64,000 nt of DNA, from NCBI GenBank assembly GCA_046759985.1, contig JBHIDH010000003.1, forward strand, positions 2,245 to 66,244, written 5' to 3'. The notes under the pieces were generated by a model that was given only the letters and a program-made list of their open reading frames with translations, had not been told where the DNA came from and ran no database searches. Below are positions 17,505 through 27,381 of this stretch, one piece after another; position 1 is the stretch's first letter; each line of letters opens with the position of its first letter. The translations under genes and the position numbers were made by a program. This DNA is from Thermoplasmata archaeon (GTDB lineage: Archaea > Thermoplasmatota > Thermoplasmata > RBG-16-68-12 > JAJISG01).

Positions 17505-17690
17505 GGATTCGCCATCGTCGTCTACTGTAGCTTCGTCACAATGACCACGCTGGGATACGGCGACGTCGTCCCCGTCACACGTCTCGCCCGATCCCTCGCC
17601 ATCGCCCGAGCCGCCCTCGGTCAGCTCTACCTCGTCATCGCCCGCCTCGTCGCGTTGCACATCGCCCACCCGATCACCGAAGAGCCGTGA
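17505..17690 (+). pseudogene. 5'-truncated K+ channel remnant (pore helix, selectivity filter and inner helix only)
   Basis: The frame opens after TAA 17502-04 and reads GFAIVVYCSFVTMTTLGYGDVVPVTRLARSLAIARAALGQLYLVIARLVALHIAHPITEEP*. TTLGYGD is the K+ selectivity filter. There is no outer TM helix, because the tRNA ends only 52 nt upstream. The only in-frame ATG (17541) would give 49 aa. Confidence 0.6.
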
Positions 17691-17766
17691 CACTGCCCCG
17701 ACGGAACGCGGGGCGCTGAGGAAACTATTTTCCCTGCGGGCTCCTCCTCGCAACCGGGAGGAGACC

Positions 17767-19602
17767 ATGGCGCCCCAAAGAGGGAAACGGCCCCGCTACC
17801 CTTTCGGTCGGTTTGCCGCCATCCGCCGTTTCTTCGACCTCGAGTTCCTGGGGAACGAGCACGTCGTGTACGCGACGAACATAAGCGGTCAGTACAACCT
17901 CTGGGCCCAACCCCTTGCGGAGAACGCGTGGCCCGTCCAGCTGACGGCCTTCGAGGAACGCTCCGTCCGCTCGATCTTCGCGTCCCGCGACGGCTCAAAG
18001 GTCGCCCTTTTCGCGGACCGGCAGGGGACGGAGAACTTCCAGGTTTACCTCGTGGAGGGGCTGGAAGGCTGGCCGAAGCCCCTAACCCGGAACGAGAAGG
18101 TCCGGCACGAGTGGGGGATCGAGGCCTTTCACCCCCAGGGCACCCGACTCGCCTTCAGCTCCAACGAGCGGGACCCGAGGGACATGGATCTCTGGATTTA
18201 CGACCTGAAGGCCGGGGCGAAGAAGCGGTTCAGCGAAGGGGCGTACATTACAGGTGGCCTCTGGAGTCCTGGGGGGGACCGACTGACCGCCCTTGAGTTC
18301 CGTACAACCACGGATGCCCACGTGCATCTCCTGGACGTCGCAACGGGGAAGAAAGAGAACCTCACTCAGTGGGAGGAGGAGGCACTCCACATTCCTGGGC
18401 CGTGGACTGCCGACGGCCGAGGCTTCTTCCTGCTCTCGGACCGGGGCTCCGAGTTTCTGGGCTTGGCATACTATGACATGGAGGGGGACGGCTTTCGATG
18501 GGTCGAACGGCCATCGTGGGACGTCGAGGCCGTGGACCTCTCCCGCGACGGACGTTTCCTGGCGTGGACGGTGAACGAGGACGGCTACAATCGGATGTAT
18601 GTGCGGGACCGGCAGACGGGGAAGGTTCATGGGCTGAGCCTTCCCGGGGGCCAGCTTCTCTTCCTCACCTTCAGCCCTGACGCCCGGTACCTCGGTTTTG
18701 CCATGTCCTCCCCACGGCGGCCCAACGCGCCCTACCTCCTGGACTGGCGGGCGGACAGATTGTTGCGCCTTTTTGACCCCTTCATAGGCCGGATCCCTGA
18801 GGAGCACATGGTGGAGCCGGACCTGGTCCGTTTCGAGAGCTTGGACGGCCGCCAAATTCCCGCATTCCTCTTCCGCCCCCACGGGGCCACAGCGGAGGCG
18901 CGAGCCCCGGCCGTCCTCTCCATTCACGGCGGGCCGGAGTACCAAGAGCGGCCCGTGTACATCTACTCCGGCCTCTACCAAGTCCTGACCAACCACGGCA
19001 TTGGCGTCCTCGCCCCGAACATTCGGGGGAGCACTGGCTACGGGAAGACCTACCAGAAGTTCATCCACCGTGACTGGGGCGGGGGCGAGCTGCGGGACAT
19101 CGAGGCGGCTGCCCAGTACCTCCAATCCTTGGACTGGGTCGATCCAGAACGGCTGGGGATCTTCGGAGGAAGCTTCGGAGGTTTCGCGACTCTCTCGGCG
19201 GTGACCCGCCTTCCCGCCTATTGGAGGGCTGCCGTGGACATCGTGGGGCCCAGCAACCTCATCACCTTCGCGAAGACCGTGCCGGAGCACTGGAAGCGTT
19301 TCATGGATCGGCTGCTCGGGGATCCGGAGAAGGACCACGACCTTCTGGTGGAGCGTTCGCCCATCACCTACGTCAGCCAGGTGACCGCCGCCCTCCTCGT
19401 CATACAGGGAGCCCACGACCCCCGTGTCGTACAGGCGGAGTCAGACCAGATGGTGGAGCGGCTGAAGGCGAAGGGGCTTCCCGTGGAATACATCGTGTAC
19501 GAGGACGAGGGCCACGGCTTTACGAAGCGGAAGAACGAGCTAAGCGCGTGGCGGGCGACGGTCGAGTTCCTAGAGAAGCACCTCCTCGGGCTCCCGGCGT
19601 AG
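17767..19602 (+). CDS. S9 family serine peptidase (prolyl oligopeptidase / acylaminoacyl-peptidase type) with N-terminal beta-propeller
   Basis: 611 aa. The catalytic nucleophile motif GGSFGGF is present, along with late D and H residues (HDPRV, EGHGF). The N-terminal half has TolB-like propeller repeats. Confidence 0.9.
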   Translation: MAPQRGKRPRYPFGRFAAIRRFFDLEFLGNEHVVYATNISGQYNLWAQPLAENAWPVQLTAFEERSVRSIFASRDGSKVALFADRQGTENFQVYLVEGLEGWPKPLTRNEKVRHEWGIEAFHPQGTRLAFSSNERDPRDMDLWIYDLKAGAKKRFSEGAYITGGLWSPGGDRLTALEFRTTTDAHVHLLDVATGKKENLTQWEEEALHIPGPWTADGRGFFLLSDRGSEFLGLAYYDMEGDGFRWVERPSWDVEAVDLSRDGRFLAWTVNEDGYNRMYVRDRQTGKVHGLSLPGGQLLFLTFSPDARYLGFAMSSPRRPNAPYLLDWRADRLLRLFDPFIGRIPEEHMVEPDLVRFESLDGRQIPAFLFRPHGATAEARAPAVLSIHGGPEYQERPVYIYSGLYQVLTNHGIGVLAPNIRGSTGYGKTYQKFIHRDWGGGELRDIEAAAQYLQSLDWVDPERLGIFGGSFGGFATLSAVTRLPAYWRAAVDIVGPSNLITFAKTVPEHWKRFMDRLLGDPEKDHDLLVERSPITYVSQVTAALLVIQGAHDPRVVQAESDQMVERLKAKGLPVEYIVYEDEGHGFTKRKNELSAWRATVEFLEKHLLGLPA

Positions 19603-19682
19603 GCGGCGCGACGCCCGCAGGTTCGCCGCTCCGGCTCCCCTCTCTGGGGAGGGACTCGCCCGTGATAATGAGCCTTGCTACT

Positions 19683-19690
19683 GTTAAAAA
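19683..19690 (+). promoter_or_regulatory. TATA-like box (GTTAAAAA) upstream of the Lhr helicase gene
   Basis: It lies 29 nt upstream of ATG 19719, which is leaderless geometry. This is why I prefer 19719 over ATG 19668 or the track start at 19221. Confidence 0.4.
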
Positions 19691-19718
19691 GGGGGTAGCC
19701 CGTAGCGAAAAGCGCACG

Positions 19719-22463
19719 ATGGTCCTTGCCGCAGACCCGCGCATCGAGGAGGCGCTGGAAGAGCTCGGGATCCGAGAGCTCACCCAGCCGCAGGTTCGGG
19801 CGGCTCCCGCCATCCGGGAGGGCAAGCACGTCCTCCTCATCGCCCCGACGGGCATCGGAAAGACCGAGGCCGTGATGATCCCCATCCTGGAGGCCCTCCT
19901 GGCCCACCGGCCGCCTCGGATTGGCTGCCTCTACATTACCCCCCTCCGAGCCCTGAATCGCGACATGCTCCGACGGATGGCGTTCTTCGGGGAGTATCTG
20001 GGCCTCGATGTGGCAGTGCGCCACGGCGACACCTCCAAGGCAGAGCGGGCGCGCCAGAGCCGGTCCCCGCCCGAGATCCTAATCACCACGCCCGAGACCC
20101 TGCAGATCATGTTCACGGGACGACGGCTACGGGAGCACCTTCGGCATGTCCGTTGGGTCGTCGTGGACGAGATTCACGAGCTCGCGGGGGACGAGCGAGG
20201 GGCCCAGCTGGCGGTCGCCCTGGAGCGTCTGGAGCGTCTGGCGGACCGGGCGTTCCAGCGGGTGGGCCTTTCCGCGACCGTAGGGAGTCCCGAGCGGGTG
20301 GCCCGGTTCCTGGGAGGCGTCGACCGGGAGGTCGAGGTCGTGGACGTCCGGTCCGCCAAGGAGACGGAGCTCGCCGTGGAACTCCCGCCCATCGGGCCCG
20401 AGGAGGAGGCGCTGGCGGAGCGGCTGACGATCGGCCGGCGGCAGGCCGCGGCCTTGGTCCGAACCCGATCCCTCTTCGAATCCCATCGAAGCACCCTCTT
20501 CTTCGTCAACTCACGGGACGCGGCGGAGTTCCTCTCCTCCCGCTTCCGCCAATGGGAGGAGGACCTCCCCGTCGGGGTCCACCACGGTTCCCTCTCCAAG
20601 CAGGCCCGTGTCGAGGCCGAGGAGCGGTTCAAGGCAGAGGAGCTCAGAGCCCTGATCAGTACCTCCTCCATGGAGCTCGGCATCGACGTGGGCGCCACCG
20701 ACCTGGTGCTGCAGTACAATTCCCCCCGCCAGGTCACCCGCCTCGTTCAGCGGGTCGGGCGGTCGGGCCACCGCGTGGGCCGCCTCTCCAAGGGGGTGGT
20801 CGTGGCCTCGAACGAGGAGGAGCTGGCCGAGGCCGTCGTCATCGCCCGGCGAGGGGCTTCCGAGGACCTGGAGCCGTACGAGGTCCGGAAGAATCCCCTG
20901 AACGTCCTGGCCAACCAGGTCGCCGCCCATCTCCTCACGGAGGGACGGGGGGACGCGAAGGCGTTCTACGAGCTCGTCCGTCGGGCCGACCCCTTCCGGG
21001 ACCTCCCCTGGGCCGTCTACGAGGATGTCCTCAGGCAGCTCACGGACCTGCGGGTGATCCGCTATCGGGACCCATCCTTCTACAAGGCCTTCCAGACCCT
21101 CCCGTACTTCTACGAGAACATCTCCATGATTCCCGACGAGACCACCTACCGGGTCCAGGACGTCTCGAGCCGGAGTTTTGTCGGTACCCTCGACGAGGCC
21201 TTCGTGGCGGGCCAGCTTCACGTCGGCACCCCCTTCATCATGAAAGGCCAATCGTGGCAGGTGGTCGACATCGGCGAGGAGGGGAGGATCATGGTGCACC
21301 CGGCCAAGGAGATGGGGGGCATCCCGAGTTGGGTAGGAGAGGAGATTCCCGTCCCCTTCGGGGTCGCCCAGGAGGTCGGGCGGTTGCGAGGGGAGGGGAA
21401 CCTGCAAGGGTACCCCGTCAACGAGGAAGGGCGGCGCGCCTTTGAGGCGTATGTCCAGAGGCAGGCCCCGCAGCCGGTCCCCACGGACCGGCTCCTCACG
21501 GTGGAGCAGGGAGAGGACCTCGTGGTGGTCAACGCCGCCTTCGGGAGCAAGGTGAACGAAACCCTGGGCCATCTCCTCTCGGCCCTCCTCTCGGCCCGGG
21601 TGGGGCAATCCGTGGGGATCCGGACGGATCCCTATCGTGTGCTCCTCCAGGTCCCCGCCAAGGTGCGGGCAGAGGACGTCGCGGACGTCCTCCGGGGCAT
21701 CGACCCAGAGACGGTGGAGCCCACCCTCCGCATCTCCCTTCGACAGTCCACCCTCATCCGTTGGGTCTTCGTGCAGGTCGCAAAGAAGTTCGGGGCCATG
21801 CGACGCGATGTCAGCTACCGCAACGTCAACGTGGGTCGTGTCATGAAGGCCTTTGACCACACGCCCCTGATGGAGGAGGTGATGGAGAAGCTGATCTGGG
21901 AACACCTGGACGTCCGGCGGACCGAGGAGGTGATCCGGGGCATTCGGGAGGGGACCCTGCGTCTCGAAGTCGGACCCCTTTCGCGCATCGGGCGACTCGG
22001 AGCCGAGCGAGCCTTGGAGCTTCTCCTTCCCCCCCGGCCCGACCACCATACCCTGGGGCTGCTCAGGAAACGGCTCGAGGATCAACGGGTCCTCCTGGCG
22101 TGCCTTTCGTGCAAACGCACCCGCACGGAGAGGGTGGCCGCGCTGAGGGCGCGGGTGACGTGTCCCTCCTGCGACTCGGTCATGCAGGCCGCCCTACGGC
22201 CCTGGCAGCGGGACAAGGCGGCCCTGATTCATCGGAAGAAGCTCACCCCCGAGGAGCGGCGGGAGGTCAAGCGTCTCTACACGAGCGCCAGCCTCGTCAT
22301 GGCCCACGGGAGGAGGGCGGCCATGGCTCTCGTCGCTCGCGGGGTGGGTCCGAACGTGGCGGGCCGGATCCTGCGGGGATACCACGACGACCAGGACGAC
22401 TTCCTTCGCGACATCCTGGAAGCAGAAATCAACTACGCGCGCACGAAGCGGTTTTGGGACTGA
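19719..22463 (+). CDS. lhr: Lhr-family DEAD/DEAH-box ATP-dependent helicase
   Basis: Motif I APTGIGKTEA, motif II VVVDEIHEL, motif VI QRVGRSGHR, and a C-terminal Zn-ribbon (CLSCK...CPSCDS). At about 914 aa it matches archaeal Lhr-type helicases. Confidence 0.88.
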   Translation: MVLAADPRIEEALEELGIRELTQPQVRAAPAIREGKHVLLIAPTGIGKTEAVMIPILEALLAHRPPRIGCLYITPLRALNRDMLRRMAFFGEYLGLDVAVRHGDTSKAERARQSRSPPEILITTPETLQIMFTGRRLREHLRHVRWVVVDEIHELAGDERGAQLAVALERLERLADRAFQRVGLSATVGSPERVARFLGGVDREVEVVDVRSAKETELAVELPPIGPEEEALAERLTIGRRQAAALVRTRSLFESHRSTLFFVNSRDAAEFLSSRFRQWEEDLPVGVHHGSLSKQARVEAEERFKAEELRALISTSSMELGIDVGATDLVLQYNSPRQVTRLVQRVGRSGHRVGRLSKGVVVASNEEELAEAVVIARRGASEDLEPYEVRKNPLNVLANQVAAHLLTEGRGDAKAFYELVRRADPFRDLPWAVYEDVLRQLTDLRVIRYRDPSFYKAFQTLPYFYENISMIPDETTYRVQDVSSRSFVGTLDEAFVAGQLHVGTPFIMKGQSWQVVDIGEEGRIMVHPAKEMGGIPSWVGEEIPVPFGVAQEVGRLRGEGNLQGYPVNEEGRRAFEAYVQRQAPQPVPTDRLLTVEQGEDLVVVNAAFGSKVNETLGHLLSALLSARVGQSVGIRTDPYRVLLQVPAKVRAEDVADVLRGIDPETVEPTLRISLRQSTLIRWVFVQVAKKFGAMRRDVSYRNVNVGRVMKAFDHTPLMEEVMEKLIWEHLDVRRTEEVIRGIREGTLRLEVGPLSRIGRLGAERALELLLPPRPDHHTLGLLRKRLEDQRVLLACLSCKRTRTERVAALRARVTCPSCDSVMQAALRPWQRDKAALIHRKKLTPEERREVKRLYTSASLVMAHGRRAAMALVARGVGPNVAGRILRGYHDDQDDFLRDILEAEINYARTKRFWD

Positions 22464-22471
22464 TCGGCACC

Positions 22472-22705
22472 TCAATCCTCCTCGTTGAGCGTCTCAATCT
22501 TGAACAGGACGCTCATCCCGCGCAGGGCCGCCTGCACTCGATCGGCCAACCACAGGGCATCCTCCACCTTGGCGCTCCGATCCCAGCGGTAGAGGAAGTC
22601 GTAGTTCCCCTTGGTGGGCTCAAAGCCCAAGGACTGGAGGGTAGTGGCAACCTCGGAGGGGCGTGCTCCCTCGGTGGAAAAGGTGACCGTCAGGTAGCTC
22701 AGCAT
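22472..22705 (-). CDS. Small conserved hypothetical protein (77 aa)
   Basis: ATG start. MLSYLTVTFSTEGARPSEVATTLQSLGFEPTKGNYDFLYRWD has protein-like composition. It is convergent with lhr. Confidence 0.5.
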   Translation of the reverse strand: MLSYLTVTFSTEGARPSEVATTLQSLGFEPTKGNYDFLYRWDRSAKVEDALWLADRVQAALRGMSVLFKIETLNEED

Positions 22706-22721
22706 GGCCGATGAGTCAAAC

Positions 22722-23354
22722 CTAGGCTCGTGTATTAAATGTTCCGACGGCGGCCCCCGGCCCTCTCCGTCCCCGGGCGACCAGATAAAGCTCGGCGCTG
22801 CCGCGTGGAGAGGCCGGGGGGGAGAAGTCCTTGCTCCGAGCGAAGGCGTCCCGTACGCGGCGGCGGAAGGCAGGGTAGAGGTCGCCCTGGAAGACCTTGG
22901 TCACGAGGTGGCCGCCCTCCCGGAGGACTTGGTGCGCGACACGGAGGGAGCGGTCCGCCAGGTCCATCGAGCGGGCGTGGTCCAGGCTTCGATTCCCGCT
23001 GAGCCGGGGGGCCATGTCCGAGAGTACCACGTCGGCGAATCCGCCGGCCCGCTTCGCAAGGGAGGCCAGTTCGGCTTCGTCGCCCAGGTCGGCTTGAACA
23101 AAGGTGACCCCCTCAAGGGGTGTCATGGGTTCCTGATCCACCGCGACGACCGTGCTGGCCCCCAGTTCGTGGGCGACCTGGGACCACCCCCCCGGCGCCG
23201 CGCCCAGGTCGATCACGGTGTCGCCCGGATGAATCACGTGGAAGCGGTCCTGGATCTGCAGGAGCTTGTAGGCCGCGCGGCTTCGATAGCCCTCCGCTTT
23301 CGCCTTCCGATAATACGGGTCCCGCTTCCGGTCTTTCACCCAGGCCTTGCCCAC
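22722..23354 (-). CDS. rlmE: 23S rRNA (uridine-2'-O)-methyltransferase RlmE/FtsJ
   Basis: DPYYRKAKAEGYRSRAAYKL...VIDLGAAPGGWSQV is the FtsJ/RrmJ signature. Confidence 0.9.
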   Translation of the reverse strand: MGKAWVKDRKRDPYYRKAKAEGYRSRAAYKLLQIQDRFHVIHPGDTVIDLGAAPGGWSQVAHELGASTVVAVDQEPMTPLEGVTFVQADLGDEAELASLAKRAGGFADVVLSDMAPRLSGNRSLDHARSMDLADRSLRVAHQVLREGGHLVTKVFQGDLYPAFRRRVRDAFARSKDFSPPASPRGSAELYLVARGRRGPGAAVGTFNTRA

Positions 23355-23432
23355 ACCGATAACACCGGGGGCGCTTCCTTAAGGATTTGGGCGGGCGCCA
23401 AAGCTTAATCGAAGGCGGCCCCTCCTCTCCCC

Positions 23433-24449
23433 GTGAAGCCCCGCTCCTACAAGGAGGCCGGCGTCGACATCGAGCGGGAGGACCGTTCCATCGCCGCCTT
23501 GGCCTCTCAGCTCGCCTACACCCGCCAGGGCCTCGGCGCCCCGTTCGGACCGACCGGCTTCTTCACCTCCCTCATCGACTTCGGCGACTGGGCCCTGACG
23601 CTGAACACGGACTGCGTGGGCACGAAGCTCCTGGTGGCCCGGGACGCGGGGCGATGGGACACCGTGGGCATCGACTGCGTGGCCATGAGCGTGAACGACT
23701 GCGTCTGCGTGGGAGCCGAGCCCCTTGCCTTCGTGGACTACTTCGCCGTGGGCCGGTACGACGAGTCCGTGGCCCGCGAGGTGGGACGCGGCCTGAATCG
23801 CGGGGCCGAGCTGGCCAACGTCACCGTCGTCGGGGGGGAGTTCTCCACGGTCCCCGAGATCGTACGCGAACACGACCTCGTCGGAGCGTGTGTGGGGAGC
23901 GTGCGGAAGGAGGATATCGTCGACGGGACCGCCGTGCGACCGGGCCAGGTGATCGTGGGAATCCGGAGCAGCGGGTTGCATGCCAACGGGTACACCCTCG
24001 CGCGCAAGTTGCTGCAGGCGGAGGGAGTCTCCCTGGAGGACCCCGTTCCCGGGGCGGGGGAGACCTACGGGGAGGCGCTCCTTCGGCCCACGCAGATCTA
24101 CGTGCAGGACGTCCTTCGCGTCCTTCGGGCCGTCGAGGTGGCGGGGATGTCCCACATCACGGGCGGCGGCCTCCGCAACCTGGCGCGGGTTCGGCCAGAC
24201 GTGGCCTACGAGGTCGACGACCCCTTCCCCCCTCAGCCCATCTTCGACGCCCTGCAGGCCCTGGGGGACCTCGAGGACCGGGAGATGTACGGGACGTTTA
24301 ACATGGGGCAGGGGTTCGCGTTCTTCCTGGAGGAGGAAGAGGCCGACGCCGCGTTGGAGGTCCTCCAGGAGGGCGGGGGCGCGAAGGTTATCGGCACGGT
24401 TGGCAAGGGGCGGGGCGTCCATCTCCCCTCCCGGGACATTACGCTGTGA
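23433..24449 (+). CDS. purM: Phosphoribosylformylglycinamidine cyclo-ligase (AIR synthetase)
   Basis: SYKEAGVDIE, DGVGTK-like (DCVGTKLL) and NDCVCVGAEPL motifs are present. GTG start. Confidence 0.93.
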   Translation: MKPRSYKEAGVDIEREDRSIAALASQLAYTRQGLGAPFGPTGFFTSLIDFGDWALTLNTDCVGTKLLVARDAGRWDTVGIDCVAMSVNDCVCVGAEPLAFVDYFAVGRYDESVAREVGRGLNRGAELANVTVVGGEFSTVPEIVREHDLVGACVGSVRKEDIVDGTAVRPGQVIVGIRSSGLHANGYTLARKLLQAEGVSLEDPVPGAGETYGEALLRPTQIYVQDVLRVLRAVEVAGMSHITGGGLRNLARVRPDVAYEVDDPFPPQPIFDALQALGDLEDREMYGTFNMGQGFAFFLEEEEADAALEVLQEGGGAKVIGTVGKGRGVHLPSRDITL

Positions 24450-24513
24450 CCGCGACGACACGGATAAATAGCGCCCTGGGCGTGCAACCCTCCGTTCTCG
24501 GGGAGCTTGGAGA

Positions 24514-26187
24514 ATGACCGAGGGGTCCCCCCCGGAGGAGACGGCCGAGGCCTATCGTCGCTGGCTTGAGCAGACCTACCGTGAGGGCGTCGGGGAAGAG
24601 CCCGAGGGCGAGGTTCGGACGGATTCGGGCATCCACGTCCGGCCCGCCTACGGGCCCCACGACATCGACGAGGCCCACTACCTGAAAAGGCTCGGTTTTC
24701 CCGGCCAGCCCCCCTTCACCCGGGGCATCTACCCGACGATGTACCGAGGCCGTCTGTGGACGATGCGGCAGTACGCGGGCTTCGGGACCGCGGAAGAGAC
24801 CAACGAGCGCTTTCGCTACCTCCTCGCACAGGGGCAGACCGGCCTGAGCGTCGCCTTTGACCTGCCGACGCAGATGGGGTACGATCCCGACCACGCCATG
24901 GCCCGGGGGGAGGTGGGCCGCGTGGGCGTTTCGATCGCCACGGAGGAGGACATGGCGACCCTCCTCCGGGAGCTCCCACTGGACCGGGTCAGCACGAGCA
25001 TGACCATCAACGCCACCGCCATGGTCCTCCTCGCCCTGTACCGGACGGTGGCGGAACGGCAGGGGGCCGCTCCGAAGGCTCTCCGCGGGACGGTCCAGAA
25101 CGACATCCTGAAGGAATACGCGGCCCGGGGGACCTACATCTACCCCGTCAAGCCCGCGCTGAAGCTCGCCACGGACCTCATCGCGTGGAGCGCCACGGAG
25201 ATGCCCCGCTGGAACGCCATCAGCATCAGCGGGTACCACATGCGGGAGGCCGGGTGCAACGCAGTCCAAGAGGTCGCCTTCACCCTCGCCAACGGCATAG
25301 CGTACGTGGAGCGCCTCCTGGATCGGGGCCTCCCCGTGGATGTCTTCGCCCCCCGCCTAAGCTTCTTCTTTGCCGCGCAGATGGACCTCCTGGAGGAGAT
25401 CGCGAAGTTCCGCGCCGCCCGCCGGCTGTGGGGGTGGATCATGAAGGAGCGGTTCGGGGCCCAGGAGGAACGATCCCAACGACTCCGCTTCCACACCCAG
25501 ACCGCCGGGGTGGCCCTGACGGCGCAGCAGCCCTACCTCAACGTCGTGCGGGCGACCCTCCAGGCCCTCTCCGCTGTCCTGGGGGGCACCCAGTCCCTCC
25601 ACGTCAACGCCATGGACGAGGCCCTCGCCCTTCCCACGGAGCGCGCCGCCCGCCTGGCCCTCCGCACCCAGCAGATCCTGGCCCACGAGAGTGGGGTCGG
25701 CCATACCGTGGATCCGGTGGCCGGTTCCTACTACATCGAGGCCCTGACGGACGAGATCGAGACGCGGGCCACGCGATACTTGGAGCGAATCGAGCAGCTC
25801 GGCGGAATGGAACGCGCCCTGGAGCGAGGATTCGTACAGAAGGAGATCGCGGACGAGGCCTTCCGATTCCAGCGCGAGGTCGAGGGAGAGGCCCGGCGCA
25901 TCGTGGGCGTGAACGCCTATGTAGAGGAGGAATCGCCCCACGTGGAGATTTCCCGCCTCGACCCTGTCCTGGAGGCCAAGCAGATCGAACGCCTCCGGCG
26001 CGTGCGGGAGGCCCGGGACACCTCGACGGCAGAGAGGGCGCTGGGACGCGTCCAGGAGGCCGCGGAGGAGGGGGAAAACCTCATGCCCCCCATCCTGGAG
26101 GCGATGCAGCGACGGGCCACCCTCGGGGAGGTGAGCGACGCGCTCCGCACGGTGTACGGCACCTTTCGTCCTCTCAGGGAGTTCTGA
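24514..26187 (+). CDS. mcmA: Methylmalonyl-CoA mutase, large (catalytic, N-terminal domain) subunit
   Basis: 557 aa. [57 protein letters not shown] is the canonical acyl-CoA mutase substrate-binding barrel. No B12-binding domain is present. Confidence 0.93.
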   Translation: MTEGSPPEETAEAYRRWLEQTYREGVGEEPEGEVRTDSGIHVRPAYGPHDIDEAHYLKRLGFPGQPPFTRGIYPTMYRGRLWTMRQYAGFGTAEETNERFRYLLAQGQTGLSVAFDLPTQMGYDPDHAMARGEVGRVGVSIATEEDMATLLRELPLDRVSTSMTINATAMVLLALYRTVAERQGAAPKALRGTVQNDILKEYAARGTYIYPVKPALKLATDLIAWSATEMPRWNAISISGYHMREAGCNAVQEVAFTLANGIAYVERLLDRGLPVDVFAPRLSFFFAAQMDLLEEIAKFRAARRLWGWIMKERFGAQEERSQRLRFHTQTAGVALTAQQPYLNVVRATLQALSAVLGGTQSLHVNAMDEALALPTERAARLALRTQQILAHESGVGHTVDPVAGSYYIEALTDEIETRATRYLERIEQLGGMERALERGFVQKEIADEAFRFQREVEGEARRIVGVNAYVEEESPHVEISRLDPVLEAKQIERLRRVREARDTSTAERALGRVQEAAEEGENLMPPILEAMQRRATLGEVSDALRTVYGTFRPLREF

Positions 26188-26589
26188 ATGCGCGTCAGAC
26201 GAATCGACCACATTGGCATCGCGGTCTCCAATCTGAAGGAGGCCATGGAGACCTACGAGGCCCTGGGACTCCGAGTCGCCTCGGTTGAGGAGGTGCCCTC
26301 GGAGGAGGTCAGGATGGCCCTCCTTCCGGTCGGGGAAACCCGGATCGAACTCCTGGAGCCGGTTGGCGAGGACACCGTCATCGACCGTTTCCTCAGAAAG
26401 CACGGCGAGGGGATTCACCACGTGGCTCTCGAGGTTGAGGACCTGGAGGAGGCATGCCGGGAGCTTGCCAGGCGAGGGCTTCGCCTGGTCTACGACACGC
26501 CGCGACCGGGGGAGGCGGGTTCGAGGGTAAACTTCGTGCATCCGGCCTCCGCCCGCGGGGTTCTCATCGAACTCCGGGAGGGCTCCTGA
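26188..26589 (+). CDS. mce: Methylmalonyl-CoA epimerase (VOC fold)
   Basis: IDHIGIAVSNLKEA...IELLEP...FLRKHGEGIHHVALEVEDLE. The ATG directly abuts the mcmA stop (TGAATG). Confidence 0.9.
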   Translation: MRVRRIDHIGIAVSNLKEAMETYEALGLRVASVEEVPSEEVRMALLPVGETRIELLEPVGEDTVIDRFLRKHGEGIHHVALEVEDLEEACRELARRGLRLVYDTPRPGEAGSRVNFVHPASARGVLIELREGS

Positions 26590-26600
26590 CCGCTCACGTA

Positions 26601-26609
26601 TTTATAAAA
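26601..26609 (+). promoter_or_regulatory. TATA box (TTTATAAAA) for the 7-TM membrane protein gene
   Basis: It lies 20 nt upstream of ATG 26629. Confidence 0.45.
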
Positions 26610-26628
26610 CGCCAGGCTAGCCGATTTC

Positions 26629-27360
26629 ATGGCCGTGGGTCTGGGAGCTTCCTTGGCCTTGGGATCCGCCGTCATCGGCGGGGCTTTTGCCGTCCTCGTG
26701 TTCCGTCAGTTCGCCTCGGGTAGGAAGGTCTTCCAGCTCGCCTGGGGGATCGGTCTGGCCCTGTTTGCCCTGGCGTCCGTCCTGGAGTTCGTGTCGGAAC
26801 TCACCGGAGGCTGGACCGTCTCCCTCTACAAGACCTACTTCGCCCTGCATCCAACGTTGGTCGCCGTTCTCGGCCTGGGAACAGTATACCTCCTGGCGAA
26901 CAAGAGGGTGGGACACGTCTTCTTGGCATACATCATAGTCGTATTCGCGATCATCCTCTTCTTCACCGTTACGGCGGCGATTGGGGTATCGGCCTCGGAT
27001 CCAGGTCGCATTGTTTGTGGGGAGGAGGGTGCCGTGTGCGAGCCCGGTCGCGTAGTGGGCGGGACCGCGATGCCCGGGGGCGTAAGGAGCCTCTCTCAGC
27101 TCCTCACATACCCAGGAGCCGTTGCTCTGATCGGTGGGGCTGTGTACTCCTGGCGCAAGACACGGTGGAGTTATAACCTCCTCATCGCCGTGGGAGCCTC
27201 CCTCATGACGATAGGTGGGATTCTCACTCGATACGTCTCCCCAGAGTTTCTCTACATCTTCCTGTTGGCGGGAATTGCGGTCATGTTCGTCGGCTTCCTG
27301 CGAAGCCTGGAGGTCGCACCCGCGCCGAAAGCCGAGGCTGCCCCCAGTTCGGCTCCGTAG
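26629..27360 (+). CDS. Integral membrane protein (about 7 TM helices), function unknown
   Basis: 243 aa. Seven hydrophobic segments are readable by eye. It lies between mce and birA. Confidence 0.6.
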   Translation: MAVGLGASLALGSAVIGGAFAVLVFRQFASGRKVFQLAWGIGLALFALASVLEFVSELTGGWTVSLYKTYFALHPTLVAVLGLGTVYLLANKRVGHVFLAYIIVVFAIILFFTVTAAIGVSASDPGRIVCGEEGAVCEPGRVVGGTAMPGGVRSLSQLLTYPGAVALIGGAVYSWRKTRWSYNLLIAVGASLMTIGGILTRYVSPEFLYIFLLAGIAVMFVGFLRSLEVAPAPKAEAAPSSAP

Positions 27361-27381
27361 CAGGAGTCTCCGAGGTGCCCT

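Noticed and set aside
17100-17800. Integrated mobile element at the tRNA pair
   Set aside because: There is no integrase, transposase, terminal inverted repeat or duplicated tRNA 3' segment within the window. Only the truncated channel gene hints at an old rearrangement, so no mobile-element feature is called.
17415-17998. Minus-strand ORFs of 117 and 123 aa that overlap the tRNA(CAU) 3' half, the channel fragment and the peptidase start
   Set aside because: They overlap a tRNA and well-supported plus-strand features. Their composition is Arg/Gly/Ser-rich, and they have no start-site signals.
19221-19718. N-terminal extension of about 150 aa on the Lhr ORF
   Set aside because: The extension overlaps the 3' end of the S9 peptidase gene in another frame and is Arg/Gly/Pro-rich. 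The helicase homology begins after ATG 19719, which lies 29 nt downstream of a TATA-like box.
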